The notes beneath the pieces were generated by a model, which saw only the letters and a list, made by a program, of their open reading frames with translations, searched no databases and had not been told where the DNA came from. 64,000 nucleotides of DNA from contig PSMU01000001.1 of assembly GCA_040290255.1 (NCBI GenBank), positions 192,001 to 256,000 on the forward strand, given 5' to 3'. This DNA comes from Nitrososphaerota archaeon. Lineage in GTDB: Archaea > Thermoproteota > Nitrososphaeria > PSMU01. The stretch's first letter is position 1. The number at the start of each line of letters is the position of its first letter. This document shows, piece after piece, positions 1 to 9,132 of this stretch. The position numbers and the translations under genes were made by a program.

Positions 1-1073
1 TGGGGAGCATAGAGGAACGCCCAGGCTATGAAGCCTATCGCCATCAGGAGGTTCGCGACCACGTTATTGGTCAGCAATGAGGCGAAGAGCTGCGTCGAGG
101 GCGGTATGGCCAGAATGGACTTATCGGGGGCGTTATAAAAGAGCCAGGCGGAAGCGGTTATGAACTCGTAGCCGAAGATCCTGTATGACAGCTCGCCAAC
201 GAGAGCCAGGAAGACCGTGATGAAGAGGACGGAACCTGCCATCGAGAGCAGGTGGACCTTTAAGCTCATGGCGTGCCTAATCTCGCCGGCCGCGTAGGAG
301 GACCATACCGCGAAGCCTATCGGCTGAAACGCCACGGCCAGCGCGAAGAGGGTCTGAGCGGAAAAGAGGGAAGGCGCCGAGGCCTCGATTCCCAGTTCGC
401 GCGCCATCGTCAGGGTACGCTCGTAGGCGCCTGGACCTGCGAAGCTATTAAAGCCCGCCACGAAAGCTTCCCTGCTCGCAAGGGCCATCACCGCGATCAG
501 CGAGAGGATCCCCAGCATGCCCAAGATGAAAGCTACGCGCATGGCCAAAAAGTACCTTCTCACTCCAACGTAAGCTAAGAGCGCTACGACGAGAATGTTG
601 TTGGTGCCGATCAAGAAAGCCGCCTCTGGCCTAGCGGCGGCCTCCCCTAACTCCCTGAAGAGCTGTATGCCTGTTGCCTGCCCCACAATGGTGAAGGCCG
701 GAGAGGCGGCGAACGCGCTCAGGAACCATGAAGTGTAGGCGATCCAGAAGATGTTCCAGACGACCATGCTGAAGTTCACGGCATAGCCAACCAGGGGCGA
801 GATGACGCGTGTATTGAAGACGTATTCTCCGCCGGAGCGAGGCATCGCGGCCGTGAAGAGCGCGAAGAGGAGCGCTTGAACGAGCGTAAGGCCGGCAATC
901 AAGAAGAGGGCGAACGTGAAGTGTGCCCCGGGAAAGAGCTGCAGGGCCCAGAAATATGAAGTGGCTACCCAGACCAGATTCATCGTGCCGACGTTCATCA
1001 GAAAGCCGTCGAGAGCGGTTATTTCGCGAAGCAGGCCAGTGGCCTTGCGCACAAAGGCCGGGGGTGTTGCCAC
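1..1073 (-). CDS. APC-family amino acid permease (3' end runs off the window)
   Basis: Not in the ORF track. My translation from GTG at 1073 gives MATPPAFVRKATGLLREITALDGFLMN...FTAAMPRSGGEYVFNTRVISP...YAAGEIR, which is open to base 1 and highly hydrophobic. It is a paralogue of 3972..5528. Confidence 0.9.
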   Translation of the reverse strand, partial: MATPPAFVRKATGLLREITALDGFLMNVGTMNLVWVATSYFWALQLFPGAHFTFALFLIAGLTLVQALLFALFTAAMPRSGGEYVFNTRVISPLVGYAVNFSMVVWNIFWIAYTSWFLSAFAASPAFTIVGQATGIQLFRELGEAAARPEAAFLIGTNNILVVALLAYVGVRRYFLAMRVAFILGMLGILSLIAVMALASREAFVAGFNSFAGPGAYERTLTMARELGIEASAPSLFSAQTLFALAVAFQPIGFAVWSSYAAGEIRHAMSLKVHLLSMAGSVLFITVFLALVGELSYRIFGYEFITASAWLFYNAPDKSILAIPPSTQLFASLLTNNVVANLLMAIGFIAWAFLYAP

Positions 1074-1617
1074 GGGCTTTCTTATACACAAAAATTATTA
1101 AAAAGTGTTGCCTTTGGAGGCATCAGTGCGGATCATATCAGGACAGTGGGCGCTCCCGAAGGAGAATTTTTGCGAGATCGGGAGAATGAGCATCGTTGGC
1201 GCGCCCTGTTTACATGTGAATTAACTGCCGGGAACTAGCCCCGTGCTTTTTAATGGTCACCTTACGGCATGTTGGATCCTGCCGGCAAGAAGGCGAAGGC
1301 GCGTAATGCGTAGGGTTGGGCGTTCGATGCAACCGAAGCGACACGTAGAAATCCGCCCTCTTCAAGTCGCAGCACGGCGGTCAGCGCAGGGAGGTTCCTT
1401 CGTTTATGTCCCGTTTTTAAGAGCCCCTCGATCTGGACGTCCCTGATGAAATTGATCTTGGTGGACTCGCGAACCGCTAGGGGCGATAAGGCGCTCTGAC
1501 GAAGGTCTGGCGTATCGCTGATGGCCTTTCGTCATGGGCCGCCTTGAGCCCCACCAGGCTCGTCTACGTATAACATATTCAGGCAAAGCCGCTCGAGAGC
1601 GCATGAGCGCGTTTTAG

Positions 1618-1770
1618 GTGGGCCTAGCCACCGTGGCGGTTGGCTTAGTGAAGCAGTGTGATCTCTTGGCGGCCGTAGATGAGTTCAACTTAAGGGTTGA
1701 ACGAAATGCAATACATGGCTATGGGCCAAACGGGGCCGGCAAGATCATGACCGTCAGGCTTTGTTCTTAT
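1618..1770 (+). pseudogene. N-terminal remnant of an ABC transporter ATP-binding protein
   Basis: AVDEFNLRVERNAIHGYGPNGAGKIMTVR resembles the AVDGLNLxVxxGEIxGxLGPNGAGKTTT Walker A region. The similarity stops after about 50 aa. Confidence 0.7.
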
Positions 1771-1986
1771 AGGATGCTGCTTTTGTCGCCTTTCAGACGT
1801 CGGACTGCCTGTTAAGAGGCCCTCAATGTAAGGCACTTTCAGCTTTGCGGGGCGCAGCTGGCGCATTCATGCCTGACGAGGCCGGTGAGCCGGCCCGATC
1901 TGCCCACCTCCAGGAGCCTCTGGAGAACTAAACCCTATGAGGGCTCGCGTGAAACCCTTTAGTCCACTACACTTCAAGTAATGCAT

Positions 1987-2330
1987 GTGAGGTACGCGAA
2001 GGTCGAGGGGACGGTTAGCTGTCCCAGGGGAAATAGCGCGCTAGAAGTGGAATTTCTGGTGGATACCGGAGCCGGCGGAGATCACAAGACACCTGGGCTT
2101 AGAAGTGCTTGCGAGGACCAAGGCCACCCTGGCCAATAAGGTTGAGGCGGAGGCCGACCTCTCTTTAGTGAATATAAGGGTGATGGACAGAGAAGCCCCT
2201 GTGCCGGTCCCGCTGATGGACTCGCCCATGCCGCTCATAGGAGCTTTTACCCTCTAGGTTCTCGGGCTAGAGGTGGATCCCGTCAGAGGTGAGGTTTGGC
2301 CATCGAGGCCCTTCGCCTTGGGGCTGCTAG
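1987..2330 (+). pseudogene. Clan AA (retropepsin-like) aspartyl protease remnant
   Basis: Frame 1 reads VRYAKVEGTV...EVEFLVDTGA. It then shifts frame to PAEITRHLGLEVLARTKATLAN...MPLIGAFTL*VLGLEVDPVRGEV, with an in-frame TAG near 2254. The DTG motif and the LIG..L..LGL.VDP motif are typical of archaeal AF_0612-like proteases. Confidence 0.8.
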
Positions 2331-2653
2331 CATGCTGGAAAAGGAGCTGGGCGCACATATTAGCGAGGCTACAAGGTTGCCTATTAGCGCCGGCTCGCCA
2401 TTTAAGAGGGCCCGTCGCATCTGAGCGCGGCCCATGGGCCTCTTCCTGGTTAGGCGCTCACCGTTGCCAATCCCGGTTCTCTGGCTTCGATGTCCTCGTT
2501 TGAGGAGCTCTGGGCTAAGGCCCTGGGGGTAGATGGAGCCACGCGAGATTGAAGCGCTAGCCCTGATGGTTCCCCTGGGCCTGCCATGCGGGCTTAGCCG
2601 GGCTTTGGAGTTAAGATGCGCCCACGCCCAGCGGCGCCAGGTCCTTGTCGCTT

Positions 2654-3171
2654 CTAGGTGAGCTCGGCGATGAGCGCGCCGTTCTGGTACAGCTCGCGCT
2701 TAACCAAGCAGGCCTTCTTCAGCGTCTGGGTCACATAACAGTCCTCCACGGCCGCCCTGGCCAGCTGGGCGATCTGATCAGCATCCGAGGGGCTCTCTAC
2801 GTCCCCCTGTAGGCTATCTCCTCAAAGCGCCTAGGATGAGCCAGCGAGAACCTTCCCCTGACCCTTATCGATAACGAAGCCAGCTCTATCCCCTTGGTGG
2901 CGGCGTGCTCCGCATAATGCACCATCTGGCACAGGCCAAGGCTGGAAAGGAAGTAGGCGAGGGGGCTTACTCCCTTTCCCGAGCCGCCCTGCGCCCTGTG
3001 CTCATCGGGGAACCATGTTACATCGCCTCCTGGCGTGGAGGCCTCGGCCAGCAGGTTATCGCCCTTGACCACCACGACCTCGATGGAGCTCTTGAGAGCC
3101 TGCTCATCGGCCCTCCTGTAAAACTCCATCCTCCTCATCCTCTCCACGAAGTCGTGGGTGAAGGTGACCAA
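2654..3171 (-). pseudogene. OsmC/Ohr-family protein, frameshifted
   Basis: The 5' part has DE..GG.G.G.SPLAYFLSSLGLC. After a frameshift at a G-run near 2803-2807 the frame continues VESPSDADQIAQLARAAVEDCYVTQTLKK...IAELT*, supplying the second conserved Cys. Confidence 0.8.
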
Positions 3172-3212
3172 GCCTGCCCCTGCCTTTTGCTAGGATAAGG
3201 CCGTTGCGCGCG

Positions 3213-3758
3213 CTAGCCGCCCTGGGGCGCGGGGCTTGCCGGCTGCGCCTGAGGGAGCTGCTCGGGGATCGAGAAGTACGCGACGGCCTGCAGGATCAGG
3301 CCCACGAGGATGAGGATGACCCCCACGAAGATCACGAGCAGGATGGAGCCAATGAGGAAGAAGAGCGCGGCCGTCCTGAAGTGGCCCACGTTCAGCTTCT
3401 GCGCGATCTTATCATAGCTGCTCTTGAGGAGGAGGGAGGCCACGATGCCCAGTATCCAGGCGGCCACCAGCGGCAGTATAAAGGCGCCGAACATCGCAAA
3501 GGGGTTCTTGAAGAGCGCCCCCAAGAGCGCCCCCACTCCAAAGGAGAAGAAGAAGAGGAAGGATGCAATGAGCGAAGCCGCTATTACGGTGATGGCCGCA
3601 TAAAGCAGGTTGTTGAAGATGGACCTATCCTTCGTCTCGTCGGAGATATACTTCCCGGCTATCAGCACGAGGATCCAGCCCGCCACGCTCGCGCCGGGCA
3701 CGAAGGCCAGGACGGAGCCTATGCCCCCTATTGTCTTGGCCTGAGAGAGGGTTCCCAT
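3213..3758 (-). CDS. DUF996-family membrane protein
   Basis: MGTLSQAKTIGGIGSVL...GWILVLIAGKYISD...SIFNN...FRTAALFFLIGSILLVIFVG, the typical archaeal DUF996 pattern. Confidence 0.85.
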   Translation of the reverse strand: MGTLSQAKTIGGIGSVLAFVPGASVAGWILVLIAGKYISDETKDRSIFNNLLYAAITVIAASLIASFLFFFSFGVGALLGALFKNPFAMFGAFILPLVAAWILGIVASLLLKSSYDKIAQKLNVGHFRTAALFFLIGSILLVIFVGVILILVGLILQAVAYFSIPEQLPQAQPASPAPQGG

Positions 3759-3941
3759 CTCTAGATGATGAAAGGGGGGCCTTAAAAACCTTAGCGTCAG
3801 GGCAAAGAGCATCTCAAGGCCCTCGCCGCATATGTTAGCACGAGCTCATCTATATCCTGCAGGGGGTCTTTGCGTTAGTCTTGCTGGGCATGCGCGCAGC
3901 AAGGGGATGTTTCTTCGTTTTCTGCCGGACCTTTGCTAAAA

Positions 3942-3949
3942 TTTTTATA
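3942..3949 (+). promoter_or_regulatory. Putative TATA box of the APC permease operon (leaderless-type spacing)
   Basis: TTTTTATA about 23-30 nt upstream of ATG 3972 in a GC-rich background. Confidence 0.55.
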
Positions 3950-3971
3950 GGGCGCGCATCAGCGGCCCGGG

Positions 3972-5528
3972 ATGAGCGAGGGCGTATACGCGCGCACGGC
4001 CTCAGGCCTAGTCAGGAACGTCTCCGCATGGGATGCGATGATCTTCAACATAATGGTGATGGCCCCCATGGCAATTCTGGTCTATGGCGTATGGGCCTCG
4101 GTCACCTATCCCGGTGCGCACCTTCCCACCACCGCGCTCCTGGCGATACCCATCAGCATCATCGTGGGCCTCTTTTACGCGCTACTCTCGGCGGCCATGC
4201 CCAGGGCTGGAGGGGACTACATCTGGGTGAGCAGGATCCTGCACCCGGCCTTGGGCTACATGATCAACTTCTTCCTCTTCATGGTCATCCTCAGCGTGGC
4301 GGGGGCCTACATACCCTGGTTCACGCAGTACACGCTGGCGCCCGTCTTGAGGGTGAACGGGATGCCCGAGCTGGCGAGCTCGGTATCATCCAATGAATTC
4401 GCCTTCGCCTTCGCGGTGGCCTTTTACGCCATCTGCGCGGCCATAATCTCCAGGGGAGCTAAGTTCACGATGAGGGTCCTCTGGGCCCTCTTCGCGCTCG
4501 TGCTCATCGGCCTGGTCGCCTATGCGGGCGGGCTCCTGATAACCGGGCAACAGGGCTTCTCGAGAAACTTCTCGGCCGCCACGGGCATGAGCCCCGAGGC
4601 CGTCATCCAGGAGGCGGTCAAGGCCGGCTATCCCGGCCAGTTCACGGTCACGGCCACGCTCCTGGGGCTTACGTTCACCTACATCAACTTCCTGGGCTTC
4701 CAGTTCTCCATATACCTGGCGGGCGAGATCAAGAAGGTGGAGAGGTCCCAGTTGATAGCCATAGTGGGGGCCGTGCTGGTCTTTGGCCTCATCGACTGGC
4801 TCGCCTATCAGGTCTCCTATGCGGGCATGGGGGGCGAGTTCCTCGGCGCGCTCTCCTACCTCTATGCCATAGGGAGCGACAAGTATCCGCTGAAGGATGC
4901 CCCCTTCTTCATGTGGCTCTTCCAATACGCTTCTAACCCCTGGCTCTTCACGCTGATGATGGTAGGATGGGGCGCGATGGTCCTGGCCGCGATACTGACA
5001 TATGTGGCCGCGGCCGTGAGGTTCGTCTTCGCCTGGGCCTTCGACAGGGTGGTGCCCACGTGGCTCTCCAAGGTGAGCGTGAGGTCCGGCTCTCCCTATG
5101 CGGCGCTCATCTTCGTCACCATCGTGGCTATCGTCTTCCAGGCGCTCTGGCTCTGGACCCCCCTGCTGCAGTACTTCGCCTATATCGTCTTCGGCTGGAT
5201 GATCATGCAGATCATCACGGCCCTGGCCGCCCTGCTCTTCAGCCGCAGGAGGAGGGACCTCTACGAAAGGGCCCCCGCCCTCGTCAGGGCCAGAATGGGA
5301 CCCGTGCCCGTGCTGGCCATCCTATCGGCGCTCTCGATGATCTTCGGCATCTGGCTGGGCTATGCCAGCATCTCGCCCGCCTTCGTGGGCACGCTCAACC
5401 CCTGGATAATGGCCTTCACGGTGGGCCTCTTCCTGATAGGGGCGGCCATCTACTTCATCTCCTCGCTGTATCACCGCCGGAGGGGGCTGCCGCTCGAGCT
5501 CTCCTTTAAGGAGCTGCCCCCCGAGTAG
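3972..5528 (+). CDS. APC-family amino acid permease
   Basis: ARTASGLVR, AMPRAGGDYIWVSR, YLAGEIK and RFVFAWAFDRVVP motifs, about 12 TM segments, C-terminal FKELPPE. Confidence 0.92.
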   Translation: MSEGVYARTASGLVRNVSAWDAMIFNIMVMAPMAILVYGVWASVTYPGAHLPTTALLAIPISIIVGLFYALLSAAMPRAGGDYIWVSRILHPALGYMINFFLFMVILSVAGAYIPWFTQYTLAPVLRVNGMPELASSVSSNEFAFAFAVAFYAICAAIISRGAKFTMRVLWALFALVLIGLVAYAGGLLITGQQGFSRNFSAATGMSPEAVIQEAVKAGYPGQFTVTATLLGLTFTYINFLGFQFSIYLAGEIKKVERSQLIAIVGAVLVFGLIDWLAYQVSYAGMGGEFLGALSYLYAIGSDKYPLKDAPFFMWLFQYASNPWLFTLMMVGWGAMVLAAILTYVAAAVRFVFAWAFDRVVPTWLSKVSVRSGSPYAALIFVTIVAIVFQALWLWTPLLQYFAYIVFGWMIMQIITALAALLFSRRRRDLYERAPALVRARMGPVPVLAILSALSMIFGIWLGYASISPAFVGTLNPWIMAFTVGLFLIGAAIYFISSLYHRRRGLPLELSFKELPPE

Positions 5529-5531
5529 AGC

Positions 5532-6485
5532 ATGGCGCGGCTGCGGCTCTTCTTCTGCTCGGACATTCACGGCAGCGATGTCTGCTTCAAGAAGTTCGTG
5601 AACGCCGCCGAGGCGTACAAGGCGGATGTGCTGATCGTGGGCGGGGATATAACGGGGAAGTTCATCGTGCCCATCTTCGAGGAGCAAGGAGGCAGGTATG
5701 CCTACAGCTTCCTGGGGGAGCAGCGGCGCGTGGAGGAGGCTGGCCTGGGCGAGGCGCTCAAGCTGATAAGGGATACCGGCTCTTATCCCTACGTAACTTC
5801 CAAGGAGCGGTGGGAGGAGCTCACGTCGAGCCCCACGAGAATGGAGGAGCTCTTCCTGACGCTCATACGGGACTCCCTTCGCTCTTGGGCGGGCTTCGCG
5901 GAGCTCAGGCTCAGGGGCAGGCCCGTGCAGTGCTACATCATGCCCGGGAACGATGACCATCCGCTTGTAGATGAGATGCTGAAGGGCTCGGAGGTCATCA
6001 TCAACCCCCATGAGAGGGTGGTAGAGTTATCGAGCGGCCTCAAGCTGCTGGGGCTGGGGTACTCGAACATCACGCCCTGGAAGTGCTACCGCGATGTACC
6101 GGAGGAACTCATCGAGCGGAAGATAGAGCAGCTCATGGGCGAGGTGGCGGAGGGCGAGGGCCTGCTGTACGCCATTCACGTGCCCCCCTTCAACTCGGGC
6201 ATCGATGCCGCGCCCGAGCTCGATGAGCAGATGAGGCCCAAGTTGGCCCCGGGAGGGCAGGCGCTGCTGAGGCCCGTGGGCAGCACCTCCGTGCGCAGGG
6301 CGATAGAGAGGCATCAGCCCGCCCTGGGCCTACATGGACACGTGCACGAGGCCAGGGGCTTCGCGAGGATAGGAAGGACGCTCTGTTTCAACCCCGGCAG
6401 CGAGTACCAGGAGGGCGTGCTCAGGGGCGTGCTGATACAGCTTGAGGATGGGAAGGTCAGGGACTTCATCTTCACGGCCGGCTAG
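5532..6485 (+). CDS. Calcineurin-like metallophosphoesterase (Icc-related)
   Basis: SDIHGS, GGDITGK, PGNDD, HVPP, GLHGHVHE and NPGSEY motifs. Confidence 0.9.
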   Translation: MARLRLFFCSDIHGSDVCFKKFVNAAEAYKADVLIVGGDITGKFIVPIFEEQGGRYAYSFLGEQRRVEEAGLGEALKLIRDTGSYPYVTSKERWEELTSSPTRMEELFLTLIRDSLRSWAGFAELRLRGRPVQCYIMPGNDDHPLVDEMLKGSEVIINPHERVVELSSGLKLLGLGYSNITPWKCYRDVPEELIERKIEQLMGEVAEGEGLLYAIHVPPFNSGIDAAPELDEQMRPKLAPGGQALLRPVGSTSVRRAIERHQPALGLHGHVHEARGFARIGRTLCFNPGSEYQEGVLRGVLIQLEDGKVRDFIFTAG

Positions 6486-6719
6486 CGAGCCCATATCCCT
6501 AGCAGGAGGGCGAGGGCGTCAGAGCGCGCCGTAACTCGACCGAACCGTAGGCTCTAAGCGCGATCTTGGGCTGAGCGCCCGGTTCGAAAGATACTCAGTT
6601 CAGCCTCAAGGATGGGAATGATGCCACCTAAACAGGCCATGTGCCCGCTACCCTCTACTTACCATGTCTCTAGACAGGTCACGTCAGGGGCCTGACCCCT
6701 GGAATCTTGAATGGGGAGC

Positions 6720-7331
6720 CTACGCGCTGCCCAGCGCGCTCCTCTTGGCATGTCTGCCGAGGCCCCCCTTGAACCTCTCCTCCAGCCATACGTTTCCCCT
6801 CTCATGATAGCCGTAGGCCTCCCAGTAGCCATCCCTATATGCCTCCATGAACTCGATCCTCGTAAGCCACTTGGCGCTCTTCCAGCCATAGAGGCTGGGT
6901 ATGAAGGGCCTGGCCGGGAAGCCCTGCTCCGGGGCCAGGGGCCTGCCGTTCATGCGCAGCGCGATGATGGCCTCCTCGCCCAGGGCATCCTCTATCGGCA
7001 CGGGCGCGCTATAGCCATCCAGGCAGTGGAACATGACCCATGTGGCCCTGGGGCTCACGCCCGCCTCCTGCGCCAGCTGCCTGATGGGCACGCCCTCCCA
7101 GGCCACATCCCTTATGCTCCACTTCGTGACGCAGTGAAAGGAGGCGACATAGCGCTTCAGCTCCCTAGCGAGCAGCTGCCCATAGGTGAGCTCGAGCGGC
7201 CTCTCCACCAGGCCTTCTACCCTTAGCCTCCAGGATTGTATGTCGACGCGCGGCACGCCCAGCGCCGCGTAGATGATGAACCTCCTTCCCCAGACCTGGC
7301 CCGGAGGGAGGGACTGAGCCTTTGGCTCCAT
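6720..7331 (-). CDS. Sulfite oxidase-like molybdopterin oxidoreductase (YuiH-like, cytoplasmic)
   Basis: LPPGQ, FHCVTKWS (Mo-ligand Cys), GFPAR, LYGWKSAKW and GYWE..GYH motifs. No signal peptide. Confidence 0.9.
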   Translation of the reverse strand: MEPKAQSLPPGQVWGRRFIIYAALGVPRVDIQSWRLRVEGLVERPLELTYGQLLARELKRYVASFHCVTKWSIRDVAWEGVPIRQLAQEAGVSPRATWVMFHCLDGYSAPVPIEDALGEEAIIALRMNGRPLAPEQGFPARPFIPSLYGWKSAKWLTRIEFMEAYRDGYWEAYGYHERGNVWLEERFKGGLGRHAKRSALGSA

Positions 7332-7440
7332 GCGCGAGCATGCGGGGGCAGGAAGATAAGCCTTGATGCCTCGCGCTATGGTGAAAGGGGGGCAAGCATG
7401 GCCATGAAAAGGCTTTTAGTGGCGGAGAGGAGGCGGGGCG

Positions 7441-7566
7441 ATGGCGGCCCTCATCCTCGGCTTTGAGCCCTTTCAGGAGTACGATGAGAACCCCTCCCAG
7501 CTCGTGGCGGAGCGCCTGGGCGGGAGGAGCATGGCAGGGGAGAGGGTGGTGGGGCGCGTGCTGCGC
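7441..7566 (+). pseudogene. pcp: Truncated pyroglutamyl-peptidase I (N-terminal 42 aa only)
   Basis: MAALILGFEPFQEYDENPSQLVAERL...VVGRVL matches the peptidase C15 N-terminus (GFEPF...NPS). A GGAGG-like RBS lies upstream. Homology ends at the stop codon of the convergent gene. Confidence 0.8.
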
Positions 7567-9132
7567 CTAGGGCTCGGGGTACATTGCTCCTCCTCCGGGG
7601 GTCTCCAAGATGACTTCATCGCCCGGCTCTAGCTCGAGCGTGCACTTGCTGGGCAGCGCCAATTCTTGGCCCTTAGCTCTCCTGACGTGGGCGGCGCCCG
7701 GCCTTCCGGCTTCACCTCCCCAGAGCCCCCAGGGAGGGTTCCTGAACCTATCGGCCAGCAGCGAGAGCCTGCAGCGCTCCAGCACCCTGAAGGCCCTCAC
7801 TATGCCATCCCCCCCTCTATACCTGCCGCGGCCGCCGCTGCCCTCCCTTATCCTGTAGGCGGTGAAGAGCAGCGGATAGGCCCTCTCGGCCACCTCGATG
7901 GGCGTGTTGAGCGTATTGGTCATGTTCACCTGCACGGCCGATACGCCGTGCCGGCCGGGCCTTGCGCCGGTGCCGCCTCCTATCGTCTCATAGTAGGCCC
8001 AGGGGCCCGCTGGCCCCACGCCCCCCAGGAGCACGTTCATCATCGTGCCGGAGCCCGCCGCGGGTATCCTGTGGGGCAGCGCTTGCGCCAAGGCCCTGAA
8101 GGCCACGTCCGCCACCCTCTGGCTCGTCTCGAGGTTACCGCCCGCCACGGGCGCAGGGCGGTGGGGGTTAACCAGGCTCCCAAGGGGCGCCCGCACCTCT
8201 ATGAGCGCGTAGAAGCCCTCGTTCGTGGGCACCTCTCGCTCCAGCGCGCACCTCACCGCGAAGGCGGTGGCCGAATAGGTGACGCCGTAGACGGCGTTGA
8301 GCGGCGCCTCCACCTCCTGATCCGTGCCCGTGAAGTCCGCCCTTATGCCTCGCTCGCCTATCTGCAGCCTCAGCCTTATCCTGAGGTCCCGCTCGCCCAG
8401 CTCCAAATAATCCTCGGCCTCATAGGTGCCCGCCCGCCAGGAGCCCATCTGGCGCAACGCCAGCTCGCGCCCGTGGGCCAGCGCCCTCTCCCATGCCTCC
8501 CTCAGGGCCTCGAGGCCCCTGCGCTCCAGCAGCTCCTGCAGCATCCTTATCCCCCTGAGGTTGGCGGCCAGCTGCGCGCCCAGGTCGCCCCTGCTCACGT
8601 GCGCCGCCTTCACGTTGGCCTCTATCAGGCCCAGCAGCCCCTCATCGAGATGCCCGGCCCTGACGAGCCTTACGGGCGGTATGATGAGGCCCTCCTCGTA
8701 GAGGGTCCTGGCCTGGGGGTTTATGCTGCCGGGCACGGGCCCGCCTATGTCCACGTGGTGGGCCTTGTTCACCACATAGGCCACCACCTCTCCCCTATAA
8801 TACACCGGGGCCAGCAGCATGACGTCGTTGAGGTGTGTGCCCGAGATGTAGGGGTCGTTGAGCGCCAGCATATCCCCCTCGCCCAGCTCGAGGCCCTCCT
8901 TCTCGAGCCAGGAGAGCGCGTTGGAGAGGCCTACCCTGAAGGAGCCCAGGTGCACGGGTATGTGCTCGGCCTGGGCCACGATCCTTCCGCGCTCATCGGC
9001 TAGGGCGCAGCTGTGGTCCAGCCTCTCCCTTATGTTGGGCGAGAGCGCGGACCTCTTGAGGGCCACGCCCATCTCCTCGGCTATGAAGGCGGAGGCCCTG
9101 TACAGCACCTCCCAGGAAGGAGGGGACATCAT
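7567..9132 (-). CDS. hyuB: Hydantoinase B / 5-oxoprolinase subunit
   Basis: IAEEMG..L.RSALSPNIRERLDHSCA, HIPVHLGS, NDPY..GTHLND, HHVDIGG and ETPGGG motifs. The real start is probably ATG 9132, overlapping the hyuA stop. Confidence 0.93.
   Translation of the reverse strand: MMSPPSWEVLYRASAFIAEEMGVALKRSALSPNIRERLDHSCALADERGRIVAQAEHIPVHLGSFRVGLSNALSWLEKEGLELGEGDMLALNDPYISGTHLNDVMLLAPVYYRGEVVAYVVNKAHHVDIGGPVPGSINPQARTLYEEGLIIPPVRLVRAGHLDEGLLGLIEANVKAAHVSRGDLGAQLAANLRGIRMLQELLERRGLEALREAWERALAHGRELALRQMGSWRAGTYEAEDYLELGERDLRIRLRLQIGERGIRADFTGTDQEVEAPLNAVYGVTYSATAFAVRCALEREVPTNEGFYALIEVRAPLGSLVNPHRPAPVAGGNLETSQRVADVAFRALAQALPHRIPAAGSGTMMNVLLGGVGPAGPWAYYETIGGGTGARPGRHGVSAVQVNMTNTLNTPIEVAERAYPLLFTAYRIREGSGGRGRYRGGDGIVRAFRVLERCRLSLLADRFRNPPWGLWGGEAGRPGAAHVRRAKGQELALPSKCTLELEPGDEVILETPGGGAMYPEP

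Noticed and set aside
1440-1520. CTGATGA as a hammerhead core or C box
   Set aside because: No stem II/GAAA arrangement and no convincing C/D spacing.
2254-2256. In-frame TAG in the aspartyl protease as possible pyrrolysine or readthrough
   Set aside because: The same gene also has a deletion/frameshift after DTGA and no pyl genes are present. Simple decay (CAG/GAG to TAG) is more likely.
2500-2615. Possible long hairpin (GGCTAAG...CTTAGCC)
   Set aside because: The pairing is short and expected by chance at this GC content; no known RNA motif was recognised.
6486-6719. Intergenic stretch with a T-loop-like GGTTCGAA and a short inverted repeat
   Set aside because: I could not build a cloverleaf, acceptor stem or split-tRNA leader from it.
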